Source: Anaerolineaceae bacterium
GTDB lineage: Bacteria > Chloroflexota > Anaerolineae > Aggregatilineales > Phototrophicaceae
Direction: 5' to 3'
Assembly (NCBI GenBank): GCA_002702065.1
Contig: NZXX01000004.1
Coordinates: 131,748-195,747, forward strand
Length of the DNA: 64,000 bases
The translations under genes and the position numbers were made by a program. Each line of letters starts with the position of its first letter. Position 1 is the first letter of the stretch. Below, one piece after another: positions 38,594 through 47,061 of the stretch. The notes beneath the pieces are model-generated. The model made no database searches. It had not been told where the DNA came from and saw nothing but the letters and a program-made list of their open reading frames with translations.

Positions 38594-40492
38594 ATGACAG
38601 AGGATACCTATTGGCCCACGCCACGTGGCACGTATGAAGAACGCCGGCAGCTGTATCTGGATTATTGTGCGGTGCAGTCACCGGGTGGCCGAACAGGCTT
38701 TTTCAGCCAGATCGCCCGCCTGGAACTGGGACAGGCTGTGGACGAAAGGCCATTCCGCGAAGCGCTGGATTATCTCTACAGCAACAGCGATTGTAACGAC
38801 TTCACGATGGGTGGGCTGCTGCGTATCCTGTATCAATACCGCGAGAGTCCGCATATCTCACGGGAGCTGATCGCAGACATCGAAAAAGCGGTGCTGTGGT
38901 TCAAATACTGGTGGGACGAACCCAACCCGGACAAGCGCTGCTACTGGACAGAAAATCATCAGATTATCTTTCATGCCGACGAACTGCTGGCCGGGCAGTT
39001 GTTCCCCGATGCAATTTTTGAGAACGACGGCAAAGACGGTCAGTATCATATTGACCATGCGCTGCATTACATCCGCCGCTGGCTGGATTTTCGTATTCGT
39101 TTTGGCATCAGCGAGTGGCTTTCCAACAACTATTTTGAAGAAGATTTGCTCGCGCTGGTCAACCTGCACGACTTCGCACAGCAGCCCGATATCCGGCACC
39201 AGGCGAAATTGCTGATCGACACGCTGATGTTCGAGATGGCGCTGCACACCTATCGCGGCGTGATGGGCTGCTCACATGGCCGCACCTATCCACGATTGAT
39301 CAAAGGCGCCCGCGGCGAGGATGCCAGCAACACCGCCAAGCTGATGTTTGGTATGGGCATGTACAACAGCCCGAATATGATGGGAACCATGGTTCTAGCG
39401 ACCAGTGCCTATCGCTGCCCCGAAGTCATCGTGCAGATCGCCGCTGATCTGGACACGCCACGCCTGTTCCGCGAACGCCACAGCCTGAATATCGACGATG
39501 CGTATCTGTATGGCCTGTCATATGACAATCTCGATGACTGTCACCTGTACTGGAGCATTCAGGATTTTCTACATCCTACCATCGTGAACCTGTCCGAACG
39601 GCTGGGCAAAACCTATCACATCCGCCAGCATGAAGATTTTCAGGGCAACTTCAAGAAGCTGTTTCAGGGCCAGATCGACCAGCACGGCAGGATCATCAAC
39701 CCGCACATGGACTGCCATGCGATGACCGAAGTCCATATCCAGACGTACCGCACCGGCGATTACCTGCTCAGCAGCGCGCAGGATTATCGCTCCGGCAGTC
39801 CGGGCTACCAGCAGCACCCCTGGCAGGCGACACTCGGCATCGACGCGATGGTCTTCACCAATCACCCCGGCGCTGACGACGAACACAGCCGCCCGAACTT
39901 CTGGGCCGGGAACAGCATCCTGCCCCGCGTGGTCCAAAAAGAAAATGTGCTGGTGGCGCTGCACCGCATCCCGCACGACGACCCCTTCCCCTTCAGCCAC
40001 GCCTATTTCCCCAAAGCGGCCTTTGACGACATCGTCGAACGCGGTGGCTGGGTGTTCGGGCGCAAAGATGATGGCTATATTGCGATCTATGCCGGGCCGG
40101 ATTACCAGTGGCTGGCAGACCGTCACGACGAGGCGCACCCCATTAACGAGCTGCGGGCCAGTTCGCCGCACCACGCCTGGGTGGTCGAGATGGGCCGGGC
40201 CGCACAATGGGGCACATTCGCGGCCTTTGTCGACGCCATTGCCAGGGCCAGCCTGACGATCCGGGTCGATGATTTAAATATCCACTACGACTCGCCGTCA
40301 CAGGGGCCAATTGAATTTTCGTGGGATGGCCTTCTGTGGATCATGGGCCGTGAAGTCCTGCTACACAATTATCCACGCTTTGATAACCCGTACTGTCAGG
40401 CGGAATTCGGAGCGCGGCAATACACCATCCAGCATGGTGACCGGCTACATACGCTGGATTTTGACGCCGGGGTGTTGGTCGAATCCACCTAA
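38594..40492 (+). CDS. Large cytoplasmic protein of unknown function (possibly alpha/alpha-toroid + beta-sandwich, heparinase II/III-like fold)
   Basis: 632 aa counted from ATG 38594, which follows AAGGGAG. No signal peptide or TM segment. It is rich in Trp, Tyr and His. Segments YWTENHQIIFHADE, EWLSNNYFEEDL and SPGYQQHPWQATLG are reminiscent of lyase-like folds, but this is unconfirmed. Confidence 0.7.
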   Translation: MTEDTYWPTPRGTYEERRQLYLDYCAVQSPGGRTGFFSQIARLELGQAVDERPFREALDYLYSNSDCNDFTMGGLLRILYQYRESPHISRELIADIEKAVLWFKYWWDEPNPDKRCYWTENHQIIFHADELLAGQLFPDAIFENDGKDGQYHIDHALHYIRRWLDFRIRFGISEWLSNNYFEEDLLALVNLHDFAQQPDIRHQAKLLIDTLMFEMALHTYRGVMGCSHGRTYPRLIKGARGEDASNTAKLMFGMGMYNSPNMMGTMVLATSAYRCPEVIVQIAADLDTPRLFRERHSLNIDDAYLYGLSYDNLDDCHLYWSIQDFLHPTIVNLSERLGKTYHIRQHEDFQGNFKKLFQGQIDQHGRIINPHMDCHAMTEVHIQTYRTGDYLLSSAQDYRSGSPGYQQHPWQATLGIDAMVFTNHPGADDEHSRPNFWAGNSILPRVVQKENVLVALHRIPHDDPFPFSHAYFPKAAFDDIVERGGWVFGRKDDGYIAIYAGPDYQWLADRHDEAHPINELRASSPHHAWVVEMGRAAQWGTFAAFVDAIARASLTIRVDDLNIHYDSPSQGPIEFSWDGLLWIMGREVLLHNYPRFDNPYCQAEFGARQYTIQHGDRLHTLDFDAGVLVEST

Positions 40493-40509
40493 CCGCCGTG
40501 ACGAATGAT

Positions 40510-41256
40510 TTAAGCCATCACCTCGACCTGCGCCGCCAGCCCGAAATGATCTGATGGGTACAGCTTCGGGTCATCAGGTGCGGCCTGATCCGCCATCACG
40601 TGGCAGCCGGAAACGCGCATCGATCGGGCCGTATAAAAGATATAGTCAATCGTCCACGCCCAATCCGGCAGCTGATCTGCCACCAGCGGCGTTGGAAAAG
40701 TTACCGGCTGCTGCTGGTGAACATCATAATAAGCGGATTGCAGCCTGTCTAACGCGGCGGCAATCGTCGTCGACTCTGGCTGGGCGTTCATGTCGCCGGT
40801 CAGCAGCCATCGATCTGGCGCACGCTCGAACATCCACGTCAGTAATGCCTGCATCTGGGGCAGACGAATCGATTCATCTTCCTGCGGGCGGTGATGCAGG
40901 TGCGTGTTGGCAATGTTCACCGACTTACCATCAACATTGACCACAATCCGCTGGGCGATGCGCTGCCCTTCCGGCAGTTCAAGGCGCTCATGTGCCAGTG
41001 CGGGCAGCCGCGACAATATCGCAATGCCCTCCACCGGCTGATCACCCCATTTCGGCTGAAGGTAAACGTCGTAGGGCTGCTGCGGCGTGTGTTGGTTCAG
41101 GGCATCAGCAATCATGTGAGCCTGATGAATCTCCAGCCAGACCTCCTGCAAGCCGATGACATCCGCCTGTTCATCATGCAGTGAATCCACGACCAGCGGA
41201 AACCGTTCGTCCCAGCGGTCCTGATTATGCCGCAGGTTCAGTGTTGCGATCTTCAT
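40510..41256 (-). CDS. Endonuclease/exonuclease/phosphatase (EEP) family protein
   Basis: Segments are MKIATLNLRHN, ADVIGLQEV, IANTHLHH and a C-terminal YPSDHFGL. Confidence 0.85.
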   Translation of the reverse strand: MKIATLNLRHNQDRWDERFPLVVDSLHDEQADVIGLQEVWLEIHQAHMIADALNQHTPQQPYDVYLQPKWGDQPVEGIAILSRLPALAHERLELPEGQRIAQRIVVNVDGKSVNIANTHLHHRPQEDESIRLPQMQALLTWMFERAPDRWLLTGDMNAQPESTTIAAALDRLQSAYYDVHQQQPVTFPTPLVADQLPDWAWTIDYIFYTARSMRVSGCHVMADQAAPDDPKLYPSDHFGLAAQVEVMA

Positions 41257-41282
41257 ACGCGCCTTCGCTCAGTTAGGCCAAT

Positions 41283-41308
41283 AAAAAACCCCGGTGGGTG
41301 CCGGGGTC
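41283..41308 (-). terminator. Rho-independent terminator of the ABC exporter operon
   Basis: The minus strand reads ACCCCGG-caccca-CCGGGGT followed by TTTTTTAT, just after the stop at 41327. Confidence 0.65.
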
Positions 41309-41326
41309 CTATTCTACCGCATCAGC

Positions 41327-43171
41327 CTAATCGCCAGCAGCCGGTTGTGGGGCCATGCCATTGTGGCTGTCGCCATACGGGTCATACTGTTTTTCCAGTT
41401 CGTCGCGGAACTGTTTGGTGTACAACCGGTAGTAATGGCCACGCTGGCGCAGCAATTCCTGATGCGTGCCGATTTCCTCGATCTGCCCGGCCTGAAGCAC
41501 CAGAATACGGTCTGCCCGCTTGATGGTCGAGAGCCGGTGCGCGATGACAAAGCTGGTGGAGCGTTTCATCAGGGTGTCCATACCCTGCTGGATCAGCGCC
41601 TCAGTCAGTGTATCAACCGAGCTGGTCGCCTCATCCATGATGAAGATGTCCGGCTTTGCCAGCACCGCCCGTGCCAGGCTGATCAGCTGTTTCTGGCCAA
41701 CGGAGAGCAGCGTACCGCCCTCGCCGACCTGCGCGTCGTAGCCTTCGTCCAGTGTTTCGATAAACCCGTGCGCGCCGGCCAGCTTGGCGGCCTCGACGAT
41801 TTCCTCATCGGTTGCTTCCAGCCGCCCATAGCGGATATTTTCCTTGATCGTGCCGGAAAACAGGTGCGGTGTTTGCAGCACCATGCCGATGCGCGACTGG
41901 ATACCTTGCAGGGTGAACTCGGTATAGTCGCGCCCACCGATGCGGATCGCGCCGTTCTTCGGTTCGTAGAAGCGGCAGATCAGGTTGACGATGGTGGATT
42001 TACCGGCACCGGTCGGCCCAACAATGGCGATGGTTTCGCCCTGCCGAACCTTCAGCGAAAAGTCACGCAGCACCGGGTTATCCGCTTCATAGTAGAAGTC
42101 GACATGATCGAACTCGATTTCCTGCGCAATCGTGCCAGGATCATATGCGCCGGAGCGATCCACAATTTCCGGGTCCGTATCAATCAGCGAAAAGGTGCGC
42201 TCCGCCGACGCGATGGCCTGCTGCATCGACGCATAAACACGCGCCAGGTCCTGAATCGGCCACAGCATGAAGGTGATGTAGGCGATAAATGCCTGAATAC
42301 CACCAATGGTCATGCCGCCCACCTGTGCCAGCTGCCCACCGCGCAGCACGATAATGGCCAGCGCCACCGCACTAATCAACTGCACGGACGGCAGAAACAA
42401 CGCAGACAGAAAGGCCGCCCGGTAGGACGCCTGATACATTTCCCCGGTCAGTTCACTGAACTCATCCAGGTTCGCTTTTTCGCGCCGCAGCGCCTTGATC
42501 ACGCGCACACCGGTGATATTCTCGTTATATGACCCGGTGATCTTCGAGTTGATCTTGCGGGCCAGCCGGAACTGTACGATGATCTTCTGCTTGAACCAGG
42601 CCGACAGTATCACCAGAACCGGGATAATCGGCACCACGATCAGCGCAAGCTGCCAGTTGATCAGCAGCATGAAGAAGATGCCGGTCGCAATGTTCATCAC
42701 GGCCCACGTGGAATCCAGCAGACCCCATGTTACCAGTTCGGCGATACGCTCCGTATCGGAGGTCAGCCGCGACATGATCCAGCCAACCGGCGTGCGATCA
42801 AAGTAGCTGAAGGACAGGTTCTGCAAGTGGTTAAACAGCTTCTGGCGCAGGTCGTATTGAACGCGATGCCCCAGAACACCCGCGAGCCGGATGAACGAAA
42901 ACACACCAAAGGCAAACAACAGGGCGATGCCGATATAAAGCCCCAGCAGGCCTCTGAGTGCTTCGGTGTCCTGGGGGATGATGGCTTCATCAATGATGCG
43001 CTTGGTCAGCAGCGTAAAGTAGGATTCCAGAAAGGATACGGTCGCAATCGCGAGCAAAAACCCCGCCACCCACTTCCAGTGTGGCCGCACCAGACCGAAG
43101 ATCCGAACCAACGTCCGGCCATCAAATTTTGAGTCAAATTCCTCTTCATCGAAGTAGCTGGTATCAGGCAC
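41327..43171 (-). CDS. ABC exporter, fused permease/ATPase (heterodimer partner B, consensus catalytic Glu, degenerate signature)
   Basis: Walker A is GPTGAGKST. The signature is LSVGQKQ rather than LSGGQ. Walker B is IFIMDEATSSVD. The GTG start at 43171 follows AAGGAGG and overlaps the upstream stop by 8 nt. Confidence 0.9.
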   Translation of the reverse strand: MPDTSYFDEEEFDSKFDGRTLVRIFGLVRPHWKWVAGFLLAIATVSFLESYFTLLTKRIIDEAIIPQDTEALRGLLGLYIGIALLFAFGVFSFIRLAGVLGHRVQYDLRQKLFNHLQNLSFSYFDRTPVGWIMSRLTSDTERIAELVTWGLLDSTWAVMNIATGIFFMLLINWQLALIVVPIIPVLVILSAWFKQKIIVQFRLARKINSKITGSYNENITGVRVIKALRREKANLDEFSELTGEMYQASYRAAFLSALFLPSVQLISAVALAIIVLRGGQLAQVGGMTIGGIQAFIAYITFMLWPIQDLARVYASMQQAIASAERTFSLIDTDPEIVDRSGAYDPGTIAQEIEFDHVDFYYEADNPVLRDFSLKVRQGETIAIVGPTGAGKSTIVNLICRFYEPKNGAIRIGGRDYTEFTLQGIQSRIGMVLQTPHLFSGTIKENIRYGRLEATDEEIVEAAKLAGAHGFIETLDEGYDAQVGEGGTLLSVGQKQLISLARAVLAKPDIFIMDEATSSVDTLTEALIQQGMDTLMKRSTSFVIAHRLSTIKRADRILVLQAGQIEEIGTHQELLRQRGHYYRLYTKQFRDELEKQYDPYGDSHNGMAPQPAAGD

Positions 43172-45032
43172 TCGCCACCTCCTTTTCCAGTTCGTCCTCG
43201 ATGCGCGCCTGCACATCAAAGACCTGCCGGTAAATGCCCGGCTGAGTCATCAGTTCATCATGCGTACCACGCTGTACAATGCGGCCCTTATCCATAACCA
43301 GAATCAGGTCGGCGGCCATCAGGCTTTGTACACGGTGCGCAATGACAAAAGTGGTGCGGTTCTTCATCAGGCGTTTAAGTGCCGAACGAATTTCCGCCTC
43401 GGTTTCGGTATCAACAGATGAAGTCGAATCATCCAGAATCAGAATACGCGGATTCTTCAGCAGCGTCCGCGCCAGCGCCACACGCTGTTTCTGACCACCG
43501 GACAGGGTCACACCGCGTTCACCGACCAGCGTGTCATAGGCCTTCGGGAAGGTCATGATCACGTCATGGACGGCAGCAGCACGGGCCGCTATCTCGACTT
43601 CTTCGTCGGTCACGTCGCGGCTGACACCATAGGTGATGTTCTCCCGAATGGTGCGCGAAAACAGAAACGGCTCCTGCTCGATAATGCCAATCTGGCTGCG
43701 CAGATAACCGCGTGCATAATCATGCAGCTCTACCCCATCAATCGTCATGCTGCCCGACGTGTACTCATAAAACCGGGGCAGCAGATTGACCAGGGACGTC
43801 TTGCCCGACCCGGTTGAACCCAGCAGCGCGATCATCTGGCCCGGCTCACAGCGGAAGCTGATGTCGTGCAGCACCGGCGTGTCGTCTTCGTATTCAAAAC
43901 CAACCTGATCAAAGACCACTTCGCCGCGCAGATCATTTTCGGGCCACAAGCCTTTTTCCATCGGTTCGCGATCTTCGCGGATAATTTCCATCACACGACC
44001 ATACGACACCAGCCCGGTCGACATCTGCACGATCAACCGGCCCAGCTCACGCATTGGCCAGATGATACGAGTCACCATACCCGTATAAGCGATGAACGCA
44101 CCGATCGAAATCTGCCCGTCAATCACCATCAACGCACCCACCATAAAGCCAGCCACCTGCTGAATAAACCCAATGGTGTCCGACATTGGCCAGTACATCG
44201 CCATCATCGTCAGCAATTGACGCCCCAGCGTAAATCGTTTCCAGTTTTCCTTGTCGAACTTGTCGATTTCGTATTCCTGGCGCGCAAACGCCTTGACCAC
44301 ACGCACACCTGTCAGGTTTTCCTGCATCGTGGTCGAGAGCACGGCGTCCTGATCCTGAAACAGCTTGTAAATCTTTTCGACCTTGCGGAAGAAAAAGAAG
44401 GACATGATCACCATAATCGGGATGGCGATGATTGAAAACAGCGCCAACGGCACGTCGATAAACAGCAGTGCCGTAAAGTTGACAATGAAAAATGTGACGA
44501 TACGCCCCATGCCGATCACCTGATCAGCCAGAAAGCGGCGAATCGCATCCACATCCGATGTACACCGTTGAATCAATTCACCCGTCTGCATCCGGTCATG
44601 ATAGGTGAAGGTCAGCCGCTGCAAGTGATCGTACAGGTAGTTACGCAGCCGGCGCGCAACCCCTTCGCCGGTACGAGCCGCCAGCTTACCGCTCACAAAG
44701 CTGAACATCCCTTCGATCAGGGCCAGGCCGATAAAGCCCAGCGCGATCGCCACCAGAATACCGGTGGTATCCGGTTGATCGCCGCTGCTCAGCAGGTCAC
44801 GCCCAACTTGTTCCGGCATCAAATAGCCCGGCTGATCCTGAAACTGAACCAGCACTGTATCGACAAAGTACGCCAGCAGCAGAAATGTCGAGGTCTTGGC
44901 GATCGTCGCCACGCCCAAACTCAGAATAGCGCCAAGATATTTTAGTCGGAAACCGGTCAGGATACGCAGGATGCCCCGCAAGCGATTTTCGCTCAGCGCG
45001 TCCTTAAGATCGTATTCTGGTATTACGACCAT
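43164..45032 (-). CDS. ABC exporter, fused permease/ATPase (heterodimer partner A, degenerate Walker B)
   Basis: Walker A is GSTGSGKTS. The signature is LSGGQKQRVALAR. Walker B is ILILDDSTSSVD, with Asp in place of the catalytic Glu. The start is at ATG 45032, after GGAGG. Confidence 0.9.
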   Translation of the reverse strand: MVVIPEYDLKDALSENRLRGILRILTGFRLKYLGAILSLGVATIAKTSTFLLLAYFVDTVLVQFQDQPGYLMPEQVGRDLLSSGDQPDTTGILVAIALGFIGLALIEGMFSFVSGKLAARTGEGVARRLRNYLYDHLQRLTFTYHDRMQTGELIQRCTSDVDAIRRFLADQVIGMGRIVTFFIVNFTALLFIDVPLALFSIIAIPIMVIMSFFFFRKVEKIYKLFQDQDAVLSTTMQENLTGVRVVKAFARQEYEIDKFDKENWKRFTLGRQLLTMMAMYWPMSDTIGFIQQVAGFMVGALMVIDGQISIGAFIAYTGMVTRIIWPMRELGRLIVQMSTGLVSYGRVMEIIREDREPMEKGLWPENDLRGEVVFDQVGFEYEDDTPVLHDISFRCEPGQMIALLGSTGSGKTSLVNLLPRFYEYTSGSMTIDGVELHDYARGYLRSQIGIIEQEPFLFSRTIRENITYGVSRDVTDEEVEIAARAAAVHDVIMTFPKAYDTLVGERGVTLSGGQKQRVALARTLLKNPRILILDDSTSSVDTETEAEIRSALKRLMKNRTTFVIAHRVQSLMAADLILVMDKGRIVQRGTHDELMTQPGIYRQVFDVQARIEDELEKEVASA

Positions 45033-45310
45033 GCAATTGGCCTCCATACAGCAGACAACAAAATGCTGGAGTCACGATTCTCCAGCCATGGATTTTCATT
45101 ATACGCCGACTCTCGTCAAACCTGATAGACCCAGGTCAGACAGCCGTCGCGGTTCCTCCCGCGCCGCAGCCTCAAATGTATCATAAAGGGTCATAAAGGT
45201 CAACAACATGTTTGAACGTATAAATAATGCCCACAAGGTTGATTACGCTCAACACGCAAAAAAGTTCATTAATAGTCGGCCACACCCCCAAAAATCAATA
45301 TTTATCCCAA

Positions 45311-45343
45311 CAAAAAAGGGCAGCGTCTGGTTCGGCGCTGCCC
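45311..45343 (-). terminator. Rho-independent terminator after tdh
   Basis: The minus strand reads GGGCAGCG-ccgaaccaga-CGCTGCCC followed by TTTTTTGTT, ~30 nt after the stop at 45373. Confidence 0.7.
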
Positions 45344-45372
45344 CATGATCGATCAGACATCCATCAGCCGGT

Positions 45373-46404
45373 TTATCCGCCTTGATAATGCTGGCGAATG
45401 GTCGGGATCAGATATTCCCGGAAGGCGCGTTCTGCATCATAGTCCGGTGCCCACTCCCAGTCCTGCCGGGCGGCGCGGTCATCAATCTCGCGCGGCCAGC
45501 TATCGACAATGTTCTGGCGACCGGGCGTGGGCGCATAGCCGATCTGCGCACCGGGGAATTCTTCCTGAACGATGGTGGCGATTTCCTCAGCAGACAGGCT
45601 AAAGCTGGTGACGTTATAGACCAGCTGCGACAGTTGGTCGCGCGGGGCCGCCGCCAGCGACAGCAGTGCTTTCATCGCGTCCGGCATCGCCATAAAGGGA
45701 ATTTCCGTATCGGGCCGGACAAACGACTCGTAGGGTTCACCCTTGGCCGCTGCGTGCAGCATCTCCGGCGCATAGTCGCTGGTGCCACCTGTGGGCATGG
45801 TCAGCGCGCTAATCAAACCGGGGAAACGAACACAGCGAAAATCGACGCCGGATTCTTCGGGGGTTGTCGCCAGTTGACGGTAATGATTGGCATAGTAACG
45901 GCCCAGATGCTCGCAATAGAGTTTATTGCAGCCATAGATCGTCGTCGGCATGGTGTAGGCATATTCTTCCAGCGGCGCGGCGGCGGCTTTGGTCGCCAGG
46001 TCCGGCATGCCATAAACGGCGATACTGCTGGGAAAGATAAATTTGACGGGTTCACCGCGCCAGCGAGATTGTTCGACGGCCAGTTGCAGCAGGTTGATGG
46101 TGCCCTGCACGTTGACCCGATGCGCTGCCGCCGGGCGAAATTCCGAATGGGTGCTGAGCAGCGCCGCCAGATGAAAGATCGCCTCGATTTCATATTCGCT
46201 CATCAATGTATCGAGCAGGTTTTCATCGAGAATGTCGCCGACAATCGTGGTATCGACCAGCGGCTCCATGTGGCTGTCCAGGCCGCGAATATCCAGTACC
46301 ACCACCGGCGGCTGATCCTTCATGGCGTACAGCTCACGGATCAGGCCGTGCCCAACCTCGCCGTTTGCACCAGTAATCAGAGTTACTTTGGGTCGCATTG
46401 TCAT
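45373..46404 (-). CDS. tdh: NAD-dependent epimerase/dehydratase-fold enzyme, probable SDR-type L-threonine 3-dehydrogenase
   Basis: Rossmann segment VTLITGANGEVG in an extended-SDR layout. It shares an operon with glycine C-acetyltransferase, and that context supports the Tdh call. Confidence 0.7.
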   Translation of the reverse strand: MTMRPKVTLITGANGEVGHGLIRELYAMKDQPPVVVLDIRGLDSHMEPLVDTTIVGDILDENLLDTLMSEYEIEAIFHLAALLSTHSEFRPAAAHRVNVQGTINLLQLAVEQSRWRGEPVKFIFPSSIAVYGMPDLATKAAAAPLEEYAYTMPTTIYGCNKLYCEHLGRYYANHYRQLATTPEESGVDFRCVRFPGLISALTMPTGGTSDYAPEMLHAAAKGEPYESFVRPDTEIPFMAMPDAMKALLSLAAAPRDQLSQLVYNVTSFSLSAEEIATIVQEEFPGAQIGYAPTPGRQNIVDSWPREIDDRAARQDWEWAPDYDAERAFREYLIPTIRQHYQGG

Positions 46405-46416
46405 TTTATCCTGTCG

Positions 46417-47061
46417 TTACACCAGTACTGCGCGCACTTTTTCCGCAAGGGCTTCACCCAGTTTGATATGCGCTTCGGGGGTGAAATGAATGCCATCCAC
46501 CGGGCTGGACTCGATGACATCGCCCGCGTTCAGAAACGGCAACCCATAATCATTGGCTACTTTTTCATACTGGGGCGCCAACTGCCGCGATTTCTCAATC
46601 GCTCCGGCAAACATGTCCGCAAACTTGGGCGGGATCGGGTCGGTGGTCGGCGGCGGGCACACCAGCAGCACCCCCGGCGGCGTATCTTCCGGCCCACACA
46701 TCGACCGCAGAATCGTATCGACCAGAAAACCCGCGCCGCTGGCAATATCATACGCCGACAGGCCAAAGCGATGCTTCAGGTCATTGGTGCCCAGCATCAG
46801 CACCACCAGATCAATCGGGCGATGTGTCATCAGGCAGGGCGGCAGATAGGCGTAACCATTGCGGTGAGGTGACAGCGGATCATCCCAAACGGTTGTCCGT
46901 CCACCAAGCCCTTCTTCTATCACCCAGTAATCCTCACCCAGCCGGTCGCGCAGCACCCCGGCCCAGCGGGTGTGGGCATCATACCGCCGGGCGCCATTAA
47001 ACGTTGGCGTCGGGATCGACCCCCAGGTGTTGGAGTCACCGTAGCATAAAATGGTTTTCAT
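46417..47061 (-). CDS. SGNH/GDSL-family hydrolase
   Basis: Block I is ILCYGDSNTWG, block III is LGTND, and block V is VDGIHFTPEAH. The start overlaps the kbl stop (ATGA). Confidence 0.85.
   Translation of the reverse strand: MKTILCYGDSNTWGSIPTPTFNGARRYDAHTRWAGVLRDRLGEDYWVIEEGLGGRTTVWDDPLSPHRNGYAYLPPCLMTHRPIDLVVLMLGTNDLKHRFGLSAYDIASGAGFLVDTILRSMCGPEDTPPGVLLVCPPPTTDPIPPKFADMFAGAIEKSRQLAPQYEKVANDYGLPFLNAGDVIESSPVDGIHFTPEAHIKLGEALAEKVRAVLV

Noticed and set aside
45181-45199. Direct repeat TCATAAAGG-g-TCATAAAGG upstream of the ABC exporter operon, with a possible TTGACC-17-TACATT promoter on the minus strand
   Set aside because: The repeat is short, and the promoter match is moderate with no supporting data. 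I note it but cannot support it as a regulator binding site.
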